DNA of 64,000 bases, taken from Daphnia carinata (Eukaryota). How positions within the stretch are numbered: the first letter of the stretch is position 1; each line of letters begins with the position of its first letter. The notes below the pieces were generated by a model that was given only the letters and a program-made list of their open reading frames with translations, did no database searches and had not been told where the DNA came from. Below are positions 13,600 to 29,261 of this stretch, piece by piece. The stretch lies in NCBI RefSeq assembly GCF_022539665.2, contig NC_081332.1:2976001-3040000 (forward strand), read 5' to 3'. The position numbers and the translations under genes were made by a program.

Positions 13600-15256
13600 A
13601 GGACATTCGCTTTCTTCATTCCCCAAGCAATTAGCCTATCCGCTTCTAAATAGAACGAAAAATAGCTTGTTGTTTTTTGTTTTTGTTTTATATACGGCCG
13701 TGATCCGTTGCTCCATTGTGTACACACACGTTCAATAGAAAAAGATTGGCGCCCTCTTTGCTCGACTTCTACTCTTTTTTTTTTTTTTTTTTTTTTTTTT
13801 TCTTTCTTTCTTTCGCTCTCGTAATAAGAAACAATGTCTGTGTCATACTCTGGCCGAGTGCCTTCCGTTGCCCTTGCATCCAACAATTGGAAACATCCAA
13901 TCCGGATGGACACACAAAAGGAGTTGGCATTGAAAACGGATCCCAATTGTTTGGGTACATGCGTCTCGTTACGTTTCAAACTGAGCGACACAACCAGTAA
14001 AGAAGTGGGCAAAAAAAGAAAAAAAAAGAAAAAGAAAAAGAAAAAGAAAAAAAACCTTTGGCTTTTTTCAAGTAGCGATGACCGGATTCCCATCTGCGCC
14101 TCCAACGTATTTATTTATTTTATTTTTTTTTATTTTGCTTTCTTCTTCTTAGCGCTGCGAGTCTTGTCGTCTTGTCGCCAGATCGTCGACTCGTCACATT
14201 GGATACGCCTGTCTGCCCTCATTGTCCTCTCCTTCCATTACACCTGACAAATGGCCCTGACCACCCCCCATCCTGTCCCCCTTCCATCGTCACATAGTTC
14301 CTCCACTTCTTTCTTGCCCATTTTCTTTCTACCTCTCTCTCTCTCTCTCTCTCTCCCCCCACATCCATGTCTCCTCTTTTTTTTTTCTTTTTTTTTTTCT
14401 TTTGCTTTTAACGGGCGATGATGATAATCAAAGAAGCTACTAAATGTGATTGGGACATACACTTTTGTTAGTGCTGGGGGTCTCTAGATAATACGCAAAG
14501 AAGTCAGACGAATGTGAAGCGCCACCAGTAGCCCAGCGTTATTAGGCCGTCTTTGCCCACCTTTTTGCCGCCAGTTTCGCTGCATTTCAAAGTCCCACAT
14601 TATTTTTTTTTTTTTTTTTTGGTTTGGTTTCCTCAGGGTTTCTCTCAATTAAAAAAAAACCAAAACCAAAACCAGAATAGAAACAATTGAGAGTCAATAA
14701 GAGAACGGTGACTTGATAACGCGTATCAAGAAGGGGGGGGGGTCACAGGACAACGGTCCGTAAGTAACCCTCGGTAAGCGTAACACTTAAGAAAGAAAAA
14801 CCTTCAAAAAATGTTTGACTAGAGGTAGAGGTGGATTCAGATATAGCGTCTGTTTTGATGCCAGATATTGACAGGTATAGCCATTTGGGTGGAAACACGT
14901 GATGATTTTATTTCCATGCGTCCGCGTGTGTGTGTATAGATTTCAACGTGCGTGTAATAATAGCCGAGCAGTTTGACTGCGTTCCGCGTCTCGAGTTTGC
15001 AACTCTGATAGACACATGGCTTTCACACACTTACGACACGGAATGAAAACAGGGCAGACACCACAATATAAGCCTTCAAAATCGTATATATATATATATA
15101 TATATAGACGTCCCTTTTGGGGCGTCAGGTAAAATGTGGACATGCAATTGCACCTGAGAACTGGCTCTCTTTGTTGCGTACAGCCAGTTTTTCTAAATCA
15201 AAATGCCGAATATTTTTGTGTCTTTTTTGGATCGTTTGACTGAGTGATGGCGACAA

Positions 15257-15289
<33 letters not shown>

Positions 15290-18200
15290 CAAACGATTCA
15301 TCGATATGGTGTAGACTCTAACGCGATGGCCATCATATAAAAGAGGGAAAAAAGAAAAAAAGAAAAAGAAAAAAGACTGGATCTTCGGGTCTATGCACTC
15401 CGCTTGAAATCACGCTCCATCGATCGGCGTTAACTGGATCCCGGCTATTTTATCAGCGTGAAATCATCCTCCATGCATGGCTACCTTGTTTGTTTTGTTT
15501 TGTTTTGTTTTTTTTCCCTACCCTTTTTTCTACTCGAAAAAACAATCGCCTAACGAAAAATAAAATTTAAAAATAAAAATGGAAGAATTTGACATAGATC
15601 AATCGCATCGAGTAAGACAAAAAAAAAATTGTCGCTTCCAACCGGTACAGCAAAAATTCCAGACTGGCTCTACGCAAACCGTAATGGAAAGAGGCGAGGA
15701 ATTCAATGAGACGTCAAGGTGGAAAGGTAAGACGAAAGAAACAAGAAAGAAAGAAAAAAAAAGTCAAATGAAATCCATCATTTTCTTTCTTGTTTCTTTA
15801 AGAGGAAAAAAAAAAAGTTGACTGAACAAATTTCAAGAAAAAAAAAAAAAAGGAAGAGACGCGCGCGCGCACACGTTGACACACACACACAATCGAATGG
15901 TATTTCTTTATAATGTCCATAAAGCTGATTATAAGTGGCGCCACAGTTTCTGTTTTAGAAGCCCAAGAAGCTTTGGAAGAAAAAAAAAAAAAAAAAAAGC
16001 CGACATTGTAGCCAATTTCGTTTTGGCCTTTTCTTTTTCGGGTTGCAGCTCTTCCTTTTTTTTTTTTTTTTTTTTAAATAAAACTCGCATTTGTGGATCT
16101 ATACTCTTGCAGCGAGGAGGACGTAGCCCGAGGACAAAATGTCACTTGAGAAGACATGAGCGAGAGAATCAAAGATAACCGGATGGATTGGTACAAAAAA
16201 AACCCCGAACATTTCAGGATTTTTTTTTTTTTTTTCCCCAAAATTAAAACGAGAAAAATACAAGAGGTTAGGTAATTATGTTCCCTCACGTATCTAGTTG
16301 AGACGTTTTCAAATGAAATGGATGAATCAACAGACTGAACGTATCACAGCCTCACGTTTTGATTGCTGCTGCGCCGTAATAGGGACGCAGAGTTCCCCAA
16401 TTGGGCCATTTTACAAAAACAAACGTTAAAAAAAACAAAAAGATTTCGTCTCATCAACTTTGATGCGTCTACTGACATTTCATCGTCCTATACGTGTTTC
16501 ATTTACGCACGACACAATGTCCTCATCAAAAAGCCCTGTTTTATTATTGAACGTAGAAATACAAGGAAAACGAACGTCGGGTCATTCAAAATTCAATTTC
16601 GCTTTTAAACGTGAGCCCGTTCGGTGGTCTGGAATCATCACGACATCATTTAAATGCCAGAATAAGAGAGAAACAAAAAAAAAACTCCTAGTTGTTTTGT
16701 TTTTTTTTTGTTTGCGTGTTGCGCAGTGACAAACAAGCCCATCCCGCTATGCGAGCGGCCCAACGCAAAGAGTCCATCCACTCACCGAAAGGGGCAGCAG
16801 CAACACAAACAAGCCGAAAGGGAACTTTAAGGGACTGTCGGATGAGCTAGACATCTCATGTCCGCATGGCCGTTAATAATTAAAGCTCAGTCGTTTTTTG
16901 TTTTTGTTTTTTTCTTTGTTTTCTTTTTTGTTTTTATTATTATTATTATTATTTTCTTCTTTTCCGACATGAAAAAAAAAAAAAAAAAGAGCCCTCCTCT
17001 TCAACGTGTATACGCTTTGCATTCCTATTTTTCGAAAGGGGCACCAAACACACCTTGGCATGTACACGACGGCGGCGACATGTTGTTGTAAAACAATCAA
17101 AAAGAGAGAGAGAAAAAAAAAAAAAAAAAAAAAAAAAAGAAGGTGATTGTTACTTTGGTGGGTGAAACTAAAGCATCTGCTGGCCTCAAACTTTCACCTA
17201 CGGCCAACGGATAATTAACGAGAGAAAATGAAATGATCAAATGAATTTCAAACGTCGCTTTTCTCAGCCATTCATTTGAAATCGACACGTGAACGGATTG
17301 AATTCGGTACAGTCACAACCATAACTCATTTTTTTTCCCCCTCACAAAATAAAAAAAAAAATAAATAAAAAATAAAAAAAAAAATTCAAAGAGATCGGAC
17401 GAATGGCGCCAGGCCCGTTGACGCCATTCCTCCCCCCCCCCCCCGGTATACACACGCGTATTCTATTATAACACCCAAGTGTGTATAGACGTGTGTCTCT
17501 ATTCTGCATACTGGAAAAACCTATAACCTAACAGTATATACCTACGTCTCTACAGTGTAATATACTATATCTAGATGTAGCTAGAGAGAGAGACACCTTT
17601 ATGACACCCAATGTGCCGTAATGGCTAGACGGAATAGCTCTCGCGCTCTCTGTCACCCCGTTCCGTTTCTCTCTCTCTCTCTCTCTCTCTGCGTATGTGT
17701 GTGTCTCTGTGTGTGTATACTCCAATAAAAGGTGGAAACAACAACAACAGGGAGAGGCTGTGGTCATGGTTTTTTTTTTCTCGTCTTTTATATCCCCTTA
17801 AACCCATTCTTTTGTGTGTACAAATTTACCTTTTTTGGGGTCATTGGAAACTCTATTGTTTCACTTGAATTCGAACAGAAAAAAAATGGCTCCTCCGTCG
17901 AATCCTTCCGTCCAAACATGTGTTGGATATAGCTTTCAACGGTAAGAGTCTTGACATGTTTCGAGCGTGAATGGTCGGGAATGTACGCAACTGCCGTCTC
18001 CACCTCAATATGGGCATCGATGTTGTGCAAACGCTGGAAACGAAACACGACGACAAAAACTGCTGAACGCAGTACCCGACCGCAATTCTTATTTCCACGA
18101 CAAACAAAAAAAATAAAAATAAACCGGTACGCGAGACGAGGCATGTGACACACAACTAATTTTCCAATTTTCTCCTTTGTCCCAAAATAGGCAAAATTAT

Positions 18201-21200
18201 TATTTTCTTTTAAAAGTTTGATATCGTCTTTAAAAAAAAAAAAAAAAAAAAAATATTACAGCCCAAATGAAAGGAACATCCAACTTGCCAGCAGATCGGC
18301 TCAACTTGATTATTTTTTCATCAGTTACGTTTCGTTTTCTTTGACGTCTTGATTTTTTTTTTTTTGTTTTTCTCGAGCCCTTTTTCTTTTCAATTAAAAC
18401 GAGAGAATTGGAAAAGTAGTTGGGGCCTCACAATATGCCGTAGCATTTCGGCTAGTCCATTAGAACTCAAAGACGCGTCTCTATTTTTGAATTCGCACCG
18501 ATTTCAAATTGAAACAGACGAGTAAGCGAACAAAAATTAATCGCAAAAGAAATAAAAACAAGTGACGAAAGGTTCTCTTTTTTTTTTTTTCCGAGTCTGT
18601 TTGGAATCCACGCATGAATTGAGATAAACTACGGCTGTTATAATTTTCATCGCATTTCTTTTTCGTGGCCCCTCCATCTGCGTGTGCGTCTTTTTGCCTC
18701 GTCAATTTTTTTCTTTTTTCGTCTCGAACAAGGACACACACACACACACACAACTCATATGTACAGCAGCAGCAGCAGTAAAATGAAGGCAAGCGTGATG
18801 TGCGTGCGTGCACCTCCCCCCCCCCCCCGTCCTACTGCAGAAAAGAATGGCGCCAGCAATAGCCTCAGTTATACGTACGCTCTATAGGGATGTACAGTAT
18901 ATACTAGTACAACACAATATATACAAAGCGGCTGGCTGTAAGAGCACACAACTGTGACCGACAACTTATTTTTTGTTTTGTTTTCCCCTTCTCTTTGGTC
19001 GGGAGTGCGTAGACGGGCACAGCTTGTGATACACATGACAGCAAAAAGAAAGATCCTACACGCAAACTGTTGTAAACGAAGCTGTGCGTTGGTTTGCCTT
19101 CTGTCACTGGATCATTTTCTCTCGCATAACTCGTGTTTTTTTTTTTGTTTTTTTGCGCAATGGATCGTCACGTCCGCAATGTATCCTCTTGCCTTTCCCC
19201 ACCACCCACCCCCCCCCCCCCCCATTTTTTTTTTTTTTTTTTTCGTGTCATTTGCCTCTGTCTGTGCAGACCCAAAAATAGACGGACAGCGTACGGTGGA
19301 AAACAAACAAGACGCCTGCTAATAGAGGCGGACGTATACATCATCGCAGGACCTGTCGGCTCAAACATTTCCTCCTTTTTTTCATTTTCAAATGGGAAAA
19401 ACAAAACGAGAAAGAGGTCGGAGCTATTTCAAACCTAAAAAATAAAAAAAAAAAATAAAAACTCATCGGAGAGTTGGAATGACAAGTGAAAAAGAGACGC
19501 CGCCTTTTGCTGCTGAAGAGACAGATCAATCCATCTCTCATTATCTACTCGACACCAAATCAGTCCGCGCATAACTCGTCCAATGAGAGGCACTTGTCTT
19601 GCACAAACATTTCATGGGGCGCCTCTTCTTTTTATTTTTGAAAAACAAAAAAAAATAAAAAAAAATAAATAAATGGTTTCAACATTTTCGGTGCTCGTCG
19701 CCAACCGACTAGAAATAATTAGCCGCCAATCGGCCGGCGCTCCTCCTCTCCACCTCCCCACTGCACAAGAAGGGAATGCCAGTCATTCTTTTGGCTCCTA
19801 TTTAGTTTGGCTACTATATAGGGCGACTGTAAACATATTTAGAAGACCACCGTGAAAATAAAAACATTTTCAAAAGAAAAACATTAAAGAGAAGATGAAA
19901 TATACTTGTCTATTCCAACGCATCAAGTTTGATGTGTACGCACACATAGGCAGTAGGGGAAAAGAAATGCCTTGTCCTCCACCAGTCGTCAGCAGATCAT
20001 CAAAGAGCTTCGGCTACAAGAGCGCACAAACACTTCACTAAGATGGGCCTACAAGAAGCCCGGCCAAGCAAATTGGCACAGCCACTCTGTGATCTCTCTC
20101 GCATTTCGCCCCATATTTTTTTTTTTCTTTTCTTTTAATAGGATTTAAGCCTTTGATATGTTTAGTGTACGTCTACCATTAGCATGTAACTGGCGTTATG
20201 GAGACATGTATAATATCATCATAACATAAAGGGGCAGCGGCGCTATGCGTACAACTATAGAAGAAGAAGAAGAAGAAAAAAACGGACTCATAAATACGCG
20301 TAAGAAGAAGTACCTAGAAGCTTTTATCGAGATTGCGACAGAGACATACAGACGTTTCTTTGATGAAATAAATACAAAACTGTGAAAGAAAAAAAAAAAA
20401 AAAAGAAACTCGTTTTCATTCTGATTATTCAAACGAGCATTTTTTTTTTTTTTTTTTTTCGTGGGGTCATTCCGATCGAAAGGGCTGACATTTTTTAATG
20501 CAACTAAAATAGAAATGGGCTCTTTGCAATTTTATAAAATTGATGTAACCCACTGGCCGTTTAGTTTTTTACTACGAGACTCAAAGGAAATGTTCAATCA
20601 CGACAATCGAGTGGTCAGAAGAATACACAATAAAAAAAAAACTATTGAGAAAGGGGGGGGGGGAAAGAAAATCAAATCATGGAATGAAAATAGAAAGATG
20701 GGGTGGCTATGCATCTCCTTGTTTTGTTTTTTTTTGTTTTGTTTTTTTATTATTGAATATTTTTCTGACGTATAATGTAAAAACCGAATCCGTCGCCATC
20801 ACTGCCGCCAGTCCCCTGGTAAGGCCGTCCAAAAAAAAAAAAAAAAAAAAAAAAAGAAAACTGCGTTGGAATAAGAAAATGCACCTTCCTCCTATAAAGT
20901 CTCTGCCTCCCTCCCCCCATCTCCCATCCTACCCCACCACACGTTGTACATACACAGCACTTTGATTTATAACATCTGATTGCTGACGTCGGCGATGCAC
21001 ACAAGAAAACGAGGAGACATAGAGAACACAACGGGGTCCCGATGCACACTGTCAAAACATGTGGGATAGAAAAGAAAACAACAAAAAAAGGGGGGAGGGG
21101 TAGGGATGGCTATTCATTTATTTATGTATCAACGGGTCAATAAATCTATTATAGAAAGAAAAAGAAAAAAAGATATGCCTCTATAGGTACGTGCGTTTAA

Positions 21201-24200
21201 CCTGATTCCTCTAGGTCTACGTTGTATAGAGGCTGAACGCAAAAGAGAGGGGGGAAGTGAGGTCCCGCTGAGAGCAGGAAAAGACATGGCCGTATGAATG
21301 TGAACAAACAGGCCGAAAAAAAAAAACATAACTGTGGCGGCAACGACGACGGCAATATATACATAAGAAGAGAATGCGACCCATCGTTAGTTAAAGATTC
21401 TTCTTCTTTTCGTGTGTGTGTGTGGCACTTTGGCAGCGGGTGGGCGTCCTCCCTCCTCCACTTAGATTATCCACTCGCCTCGTCTGTCTCTTATTTAATC
21501 GCAATTTAGGCAACAGCATCCGTGGATGCCTCCCTCCCAGCCACCCAAACATTCCCCACTAGCGTGTGCCCTTATAGACTTTTGCGTGTGTGCGTGTGTG
21601 TGTGTGTGTGTAGACAAGAGAGACGTAGGAGGGAAAAGAGAGGGAGGTCGCCGCCAACAAAACCGCAGCCACCGCTTCGATTGCCACAAAAACCTCGACG
21701 ACGAGTTGAAAGACGATCAATCTTCTTCTTCTTTCCTCCTTCCCTATTTTTGTTCCTTTTTTTTTTTTCTTTTTCTACCATCTCTCTACTGCATGTCGAG
21801 CAAAAACACATACACAGTCAATTGCGGATGAGAGTCGACCGTAAGGGAGGGGAGAGACTGCAGAGTTCATCCGGCGTGCCAAAAAAAAAAAGAAGAAAAA
21901 AACAAAAATGGAGAGCGCCAGAGAGAAGTCAGTGTCACCGACTCGTAACCGAACTCTCATATCCGGACGCCGGCCGCCGCCGTCGTCGCCGTCGCTGCTA
22001 TTATTTAAAAAAGGGAAAAAGCGGCGCGTCGGTTGAGTGAATCCTCACACAGTGCACCGACATCCGCGCGCCCGCCACCCAAAAACTGGGGAAAAAAATA
22101 ATACAAGACGACGACATGCAACACAAAACAGCAGATGATCTAACCGAGCCTTTCTTTATTCTATTGATGTGATTATTATTCCTTTCGGTCCGCACTCGGC
22201 GGCTTGTGAACTCCTCTGATCCGTGTCATCCGGGACAAGCCAAAAAAAAAAGAGAGGAGGAGAGAGAGAGACAGTGTGTATGCGAGAAGCGCCATCTCAC
22301 TTGGCAGCATCCGCATGCGAACAACAGGAAGTTCAAAAGACAGGGACATAACTCGATCAAAAAGATACACGGCCAATCCATTTCCGTGCGACTTAGTTTC
22401 GACTCGTCCCCCCCCCCCCCCCCCCCTATTTATTACAAACAATTAAACCAATTTTGATTCCCATTTTCTTTAGAACAAACCAAAATCGTTTTCGGATACA
22501 TACGTTAAAAACTTAAAAAGTATTCAATAAAGTATTTTTCAAAAAGCGAAAAAAAAAAAAAAAAAAAAAAAAGAGCCGTGTGGTTTATTTCCAGCACCGT
22601 GTGAGGGTTGCTGGAACGTTGCTGGCCCGCAATGCCGTGGCACGACGGCATTGAATGTCACCAGCGGTTAGGATCAATTCAATTAAGGCGGACTGGTATA
22701 GAGCGTATACTCCTCGTCTATATTGTATAACAGCCGAGAGGGGTAGGAGGAGGAGCGCAATGAGGAGGATTGATGGGATTGTCGCGCGCGCTAGGGGAGA
22801 CGACGATGAGGAAATCCATCCTCACAGACACACACACACAAAAAAGCGGAGCATCCGATATATTTTTTTTTTTTGGGGGGAGGGGGGTTATTTTTCGGTT
22901 GCGGCGTGGGGAGTCAATTGAGCCATCCTCTTTTTTTCTATCTGCGTGTGGCGCGCGGCGGCACATTGGAATGATGAAGTCGCACAGAAAAAAAAAGGGA
23001 AGACGACGACGAAACAAGAAATGAAGAATAAAAATAACAAGGGAGGAGCTGAAAAACGACACACGAGGCCATCATGGAGGAGGGTAAGCGACGCGTGACG
23101 TCAGGCGCCGCTGAACGCCACGAGTGTGTCTCTCACGGATAGACGTTGGCGACAATTTACATCCCCCCCCCACACAAAAAAGTCGAGTCAGTCTACTCAT
23201 GTCATTGCTTTCTTCTTTTTTATTATTATTTTTTTTTTTTTTTTTTTGCATCAACAGCAAAAAGCCCAGGGTTGATGATGGGAGGGGAGGCCTCGTGAAA
23301 AATTGTCAACTTCCTCCCGGTATTTTTTTTTTCGTCACGTCCTCCCCCCCCTCTATCCTCGATTACATTGATGACGAATGAACTCATCTCAATATTGCCA
23401 ATCCCCTTCTCACTGCTCTTGCATTATTCATCGACTTTTGATTTCAATCGACTCACGGATACTACACCCCCTCACCCCTAATGGCCTATCTGAGATGAAC
23501 TTGATCCTAATCGTCACGTGTCCAATTTGAAAGATGAATCACAACATTGCACTCTTTTTATATTTTGGAATTCTTCCTCTACAAAGTAGCGATGCAATCG
23601 CAATGAAACATGCCTAGTCGGGGGGATTCAATGGAAAAAAAAAAAAAAAAAGAGGCAAACACACAAGCAAAAAAAGGGCCATTCGCTGCTGACACGCGTT
23701 GGCAGATCATTCCCGAAAAAAAAAAAGAAGAAGCAGCAGCCAAAAAGAATGGAAATGTGACAGTTGAACCAGTCAAGCAAACGGCCGACAGTAGCACTTG
23801 TTTTAGACACAGAACGAAGAACGGTAGCCTTGTCAAATGTCTTCTATCCAAGAAAAATGTCAACTTTCGTTTAACGCTAGCACGGCCCACCCTTTTTGGA
23901 TGATTGCTCATCTTCAAGTTTTGGTTTTTTTTTTCTAACGGCATTATATTCCCGGTTTTTTTTTTTTCCCTCTGACTTTCCTGATGTCTCCACAGCAACG
24001 CCAATGCGAGTTGAATGTACAAATGTCGTTTCATTGGAAAAAAAAAAATGGACAAGTGTCTGTGAGTGGCAGATCTGCAGCGATTCACAGATTGATCGAG
24101 AAATATAAAAAAAAAAAAATGCGTACGCACGCGGTCTTCATATTTAGTTCACGTTCTAACTGAACCCAACGTACACAAACAAAATCGACCGATTTGATCT

Positions 24201-27200
24201 GATTGCCCATGGCTTTTGCTGGCCATGGGCATTCAAATGCCGTTCAATCACGTGACCCCTCAAAAAAAAACACAAAAAAAACAATTCAAATCCAAAGAAA
24301 AATCTGGAGCATGCATCGACTTGTGGCTGCTTTCAAACCAACACAAAAGCAAAAAAACTGGGACTTACATAATCACGTAGCCGTAGGTGGTGTCAGGGTA
24401 GAGTTAGGAATCTAATCCCGATGAACGTCGACCCACAAGAGCTGACACTCTTTCAGCTTGTCGACCTGGTTAAGTTATTGACACATCGATTCACGTCCAG
24501 GTGTCGACATTTCATACGCCATTTTCCCACCTGCTCAGGGCCACGCACTTGAACCTTCTTGAACCACTAGTCACACATTTCAGAAAAAAAAAAAAAAAAA
24601 AAAAAAAAAGAAAACTAATCATTTGAACGAAAGAGATCGTAGCTGATTAACATGGTCATCGTAAGACAAAAGAAAACTTTTTTTGTGACGCCGTGGCGTG
24701 TCGTATCATCACCGTCAGTCGTGTTGGGTGAAGGACCTTCTATCTCACTCGTTACCCGACACTTTCGACTTGCTATACGACACACACAATCTTATTTTAT
24801 GATATATACGTAACGTACCTGCAATGTCCAATGTGTACAGCAGTTGCAGCTACTATGTGTCTATTGCCACCTTATTGTGTCACCGAATCACGAACACACA
24901 CGTAAAAAGAAAAGAACAGTTTTTCATTTGTCTTGGGTTCGGCCACAGTTGGACAAATAATTGGAGCCAAAAACGATAAGCACACTTGCCAGATCGGCAG
25001 AAAATTGAATTGTCATGTTTGCCAAATTGAAATAAAGCGATTATTGGAGGAAGAGTTAAGAAAAAATGGCGGGTAAATGGTCAGGGTCTTTTAGGGGGAA
25101 GGGTTCATATGAGAACGGCCTTTGTTTTCTCGAAATGTTCGAGAACAATCGACACTTGCATCAACTAGAAACATCAAAGTGTACACGCATCAAATTCTAT
25201 CGTATAGATATAGGGAGGTGACGCACACACGTGCAGACATTGGTGTAGCAAAATGGGGGGGGGAGACATTTTCTAAATTTCTATGGGACAATCGGAAAAC
25301 GAAGGAGGGAGGGTACTCTTGTTGTGATGGATACATTGCGTGATGCGAGCTAGTCTGGGCCAAAGCACACGACGGTCCCCTGTGTCACATCGTCGGGCGC
25401 GGCGTTCCAGTTGCCCGTCGTCCTTTTTCGCTTGTTCTTGTCCAGCCACGTTCCATGGGGGGTTTCACGTTAAAAATAATAAAAGAAAAACAAAAACAAA
25501 ACAAAAAAAAAAGCTTTGGCCAGTTGGAAAGAACACAAAAATTGTCATTGGCGGCCGTGGAAATCGAGAGTCACGCCAGTCTTTTTTTTTTTCAGTACAA
25601 CATCGACGACGAGGGGGCATCGATTATGCAATGCAGCTGAATTTCGTGTCCCCGTGCTGTGTGTAATAAGAGTCTCTCTGTTGTCCACGACTAGCCAGGA
25701 ACCTACGACAAAAGCTCTCTCGCTTCGACTACTATACAATATGATTGTGTTTCTTTTTTTAGAAAGCAAAAAGAACGAGGAGGACAAAAAGAAATTGAAA
25801 AAACAAGTAGAGGCGACAGTGTGCCGACAGCTGATGCAGGTGCACTTGGCCTAATCGCAGCTCATTCAATAAAACACGATCAAAATGGATGCCTCTTTAT
25901 TTTTCTCCTTCTTGTTTTCCAGTTTTACCAGTGTGTCTGTTAACACACACACATATGTTACACGACATAAGGAAATAGGATGGGAATTTATTTTTTGAAA
26001 AAAAAAAAAAAAAAAAAACAGTTGGGGGAAAAACGGCTCGTTAGTGACAGGCTCGAAAATCGATAAACCAAACGAAAAAGCCACAAACTGCATTCACAGT
26101 TTTTATTCTTTTTCGCAGATACTAGGGGAAAAGTCAAAATAAAAGCTCGAGTGTGTGCAGGTAAGAAACGGAATATTCGATGAGGAAGAAGTAAAAAAAA
26201 AATGCGAGAGAGACAGATTTACGAATTTCCGGCGCTGGTGCATTTAAAACGAGAGGAGGGGGGGGGGCGGAGTCCTGTATAAACTCCCCTCAAATGGACG
26301 TGAATATGTATTATCCTTCTGGGGTCGTAAGAAAAGCCACAATAACATAGCGAAATCATTTAGAAGAAACTTGAAGAACTAGAAAGAAAAAAAAAAAAGG
26401 GAGAAAACAAAATATCCATTAAAAAGAATTCCAATGATGTTGTGTGTCTCGTGTGTGTGTGTGTGATGTAAAAGAGAGAAAACTAAAAAAGACCGGCAGG
26501 ATGCAGTTCTTTTTCCAACAGGAAAAAAAAGAAAACGAAATTCCTTACTAATGACGATTATACAAAAAAAAAAAAAAAAAACCCTCCACGAAGAGAGGCT
26601 CTTTTTTCTTTTTAGACTTGTCTGTTTCAAAACACGGTTCTTCTCACTTTTCATTTACAAGTTTGACCATTCGTTTTTGCCTTTCACCTCAATTGATCAG
26701 CGTAAAAAATAAAAAAAAAACGAGTTTTGTTATGTAATCGAGAGAAAATTGCTGTTTTGAAAAAAAAAAAAGAATCGATTCGTGAGAATTGGCTGCGGTT
26801 GATGTTCATTTCTGTTTTGCCTACACCGAGAAAAAAGTGGGCAAGGGGGGCTGTCAGTCGGAACGGTTTGAAATCGACGACGCAGGTCTTTCTCGCTCGT
26901 CTTATCTGCGTTGACCATATCAAACGGTTTCCTTCGTTTGGTCGACAACAGAAGCAGCAGCCGCTTTAGACGAAGGGAATGTCGAGGTGATAAGTGCTGA
27001 TGCAGTCGGCCGAAACCAAACCCGAATACAACGAACCGTTAACATTTTCTTTTTTCTGTTCCTCAAGACCCAGCAAAAGGCCTTCATCCAAAAAAGGACA
27101 GCCAGATGTGTTTCTTCGGTTAGGGGCCGGAGTTTGACGCTACGATGACACACTTGACATTCATTTTTTTTTTTTCTCCCCTCTCTTTTTTGAAATACAA

Positions 27201-29230
27201 CAAGTTAGCCAAGCGAAAAGAAATGAGTTGAAAACCAATCAGCCCACCAACTGAAAATAAACGGATAAAAACAGCTAGAAGAAACAAAAAAAGAGAGTGC
27301 GTGTGTGTACAGTCTGAAATGGCTGCGACCATTTCGAGTGGACAGTTCACGCAAGGTAACCGCCAAAACAAAATAAAAGAGAGTGCAATACGAAAAAAAA
27401 AAGAGAGAAGAGCTGCCAAGACAGGTAGCGTGTGAAACATTCGCTCCTCTGGCACGCTGCGACATCGACCTACCCTCTAATAGACCACACACGTAAACTG
27501 CGCAGACCTATATCTCTCTCTACTTTGACTCGGCCTTTAGAAAACATTGCTAGTTGTCTGCCCGGAGGTTCGTACCCCTTCCCCTTTCTTTTTCAAACAC
27601 CTGGGAAAGGTGATGATGAAATATTGCGACGTTAGCCCATCACCTGCTCCGTCAAGATGCGACCCCTTCCCTCGAATCCAATCCAACTTTGAAACAAAGA
27701 GGCGAGGACACAAAACGGAGCGACACGAAAAATGGCGCTGTCCGTCGAAGACGCAGATAGGGTTCCAGCTGCGGGAAATCCGGGAGCTGGAAAAGGTTTT
27801 GTTTGTTGATAAAAACGTTGTTCTCTCCTATTATCTCTAAAGACGGAAAGAAATTAGTTTTGTTTCTCAATTTTTGTCTACCATCCACTTTGGGCATCTG
27901 CCTTCTCAGTTTAAATGTCACGTGATCATTTTCTAAGTCAATGGCAGGCCTGAAATTCAGCTGATCGGAGACAGACTCAAAAAAAAAAAAAAAAAAAAAA
28001 AGGAGCATTTTGCATCTTAGAAAAAAAGCCAAAACCTTTTACTGTGTGTGTCTTTAGTTCCAGTCTTTTCCTCCAAAAAAAAAAAAAAGGACGAGAAAAC
28101 AAAGGAAAGACGTAAAACGTTCACACGGTACGCGCTGAAAATAAAATAAAATAGACAAAAAGGAGAGAGAGAGGTTCTTTTTCGCTTCCCAATCAAATCG
28201 GTCGTTAAAACGAAAAAAAAAAAAGGGGGGGATAGAAAAGAAAAACTACTCACACACACACACAAATGTGTGGGTGTATATTACAGACGGAGCGTCGTGA
28301 CGTTGCAGCGTGAATTCTTGAACGAGTTCCGTTTCGATCTGATTGTCCACCAGGTTCCACTTGATGTCTCCGCCTAATCATCAACTCCTTTTTTCCCACA
28401 ACATTTTTCTCTCTTTTCTACTTGTCATTTCGTGACACACACACAGTTGCATAACTCCGTTAAATAGGCGCTTACCTGATTTCTGTTTTTCTCTTTTTCG
28501 AAATGATGCCGTTGGAAAAAAAAAAAGGATCGATACACACAACAGATGATATTGATGAGTTTGAGCCGCGTCGTAAAAACAAAAAAAAAAGCAGCGGTGG
28601 GTTGGGCTGTGGCGGCATGGCAGTTTCCATGACTCGGCTCACTGGAACACACAAAAAATCTTGGGTTGCACAACGGTTAGAGACTGGAGACGCCGTCTTA
28701 ACGTGTCGTAAATCTTTGAACTTCTCGTCCTGACCGACAGAGCCGCCAAATGACGTATCCAACTTTCCTTAATGTTTGTTTCAATTTAATATTATGTGAT
28801 CCCGCCTTTCATTGTCAGCTGATCAGACATGACTCTCATACACGAACATCACGACCCCCTTTTTCAATCCTTTTTCTACATTCCGGAACTACTATCGTAT
28901 GAGACTCAATACTTCAAATGAGACTTTTCTTTTCAAGAAAAAAAATTGTAGAAATGAAATTTTGAGTTATTTAGGCTCAATTCACCCTTGGTAGAAAACT
29001 GTTGAGCCATGGCTGACCTAGACATAAACAACAGACGAGAGAAATTTACAAAGACCGACTACGTGGAGCCGCCACCGTCCTCAATTCTCCCCCTCTCATT
29101 GATCAAATGAAAACAGAAAATCATTTTCTTTATACGCACATAACAAAGCTGTATTGCTCAATTACAAACTGATACTTGACTTTGTTACACATCAAAAGGA
29201 ACCAGGAACCCATATAGATGTATAGTTGTC

Positions 29231-29261
<31 letters not shown>

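Noticed and set aside
13470..14247. Long ORFs (up to 211 aa) in non-coding DNA, and similar ones throughout the window
   Set aside because: Inflated by poly-A/T and dinucleotide repeats (poly-K/F, ER, HT/CV runs); no protein similarity.
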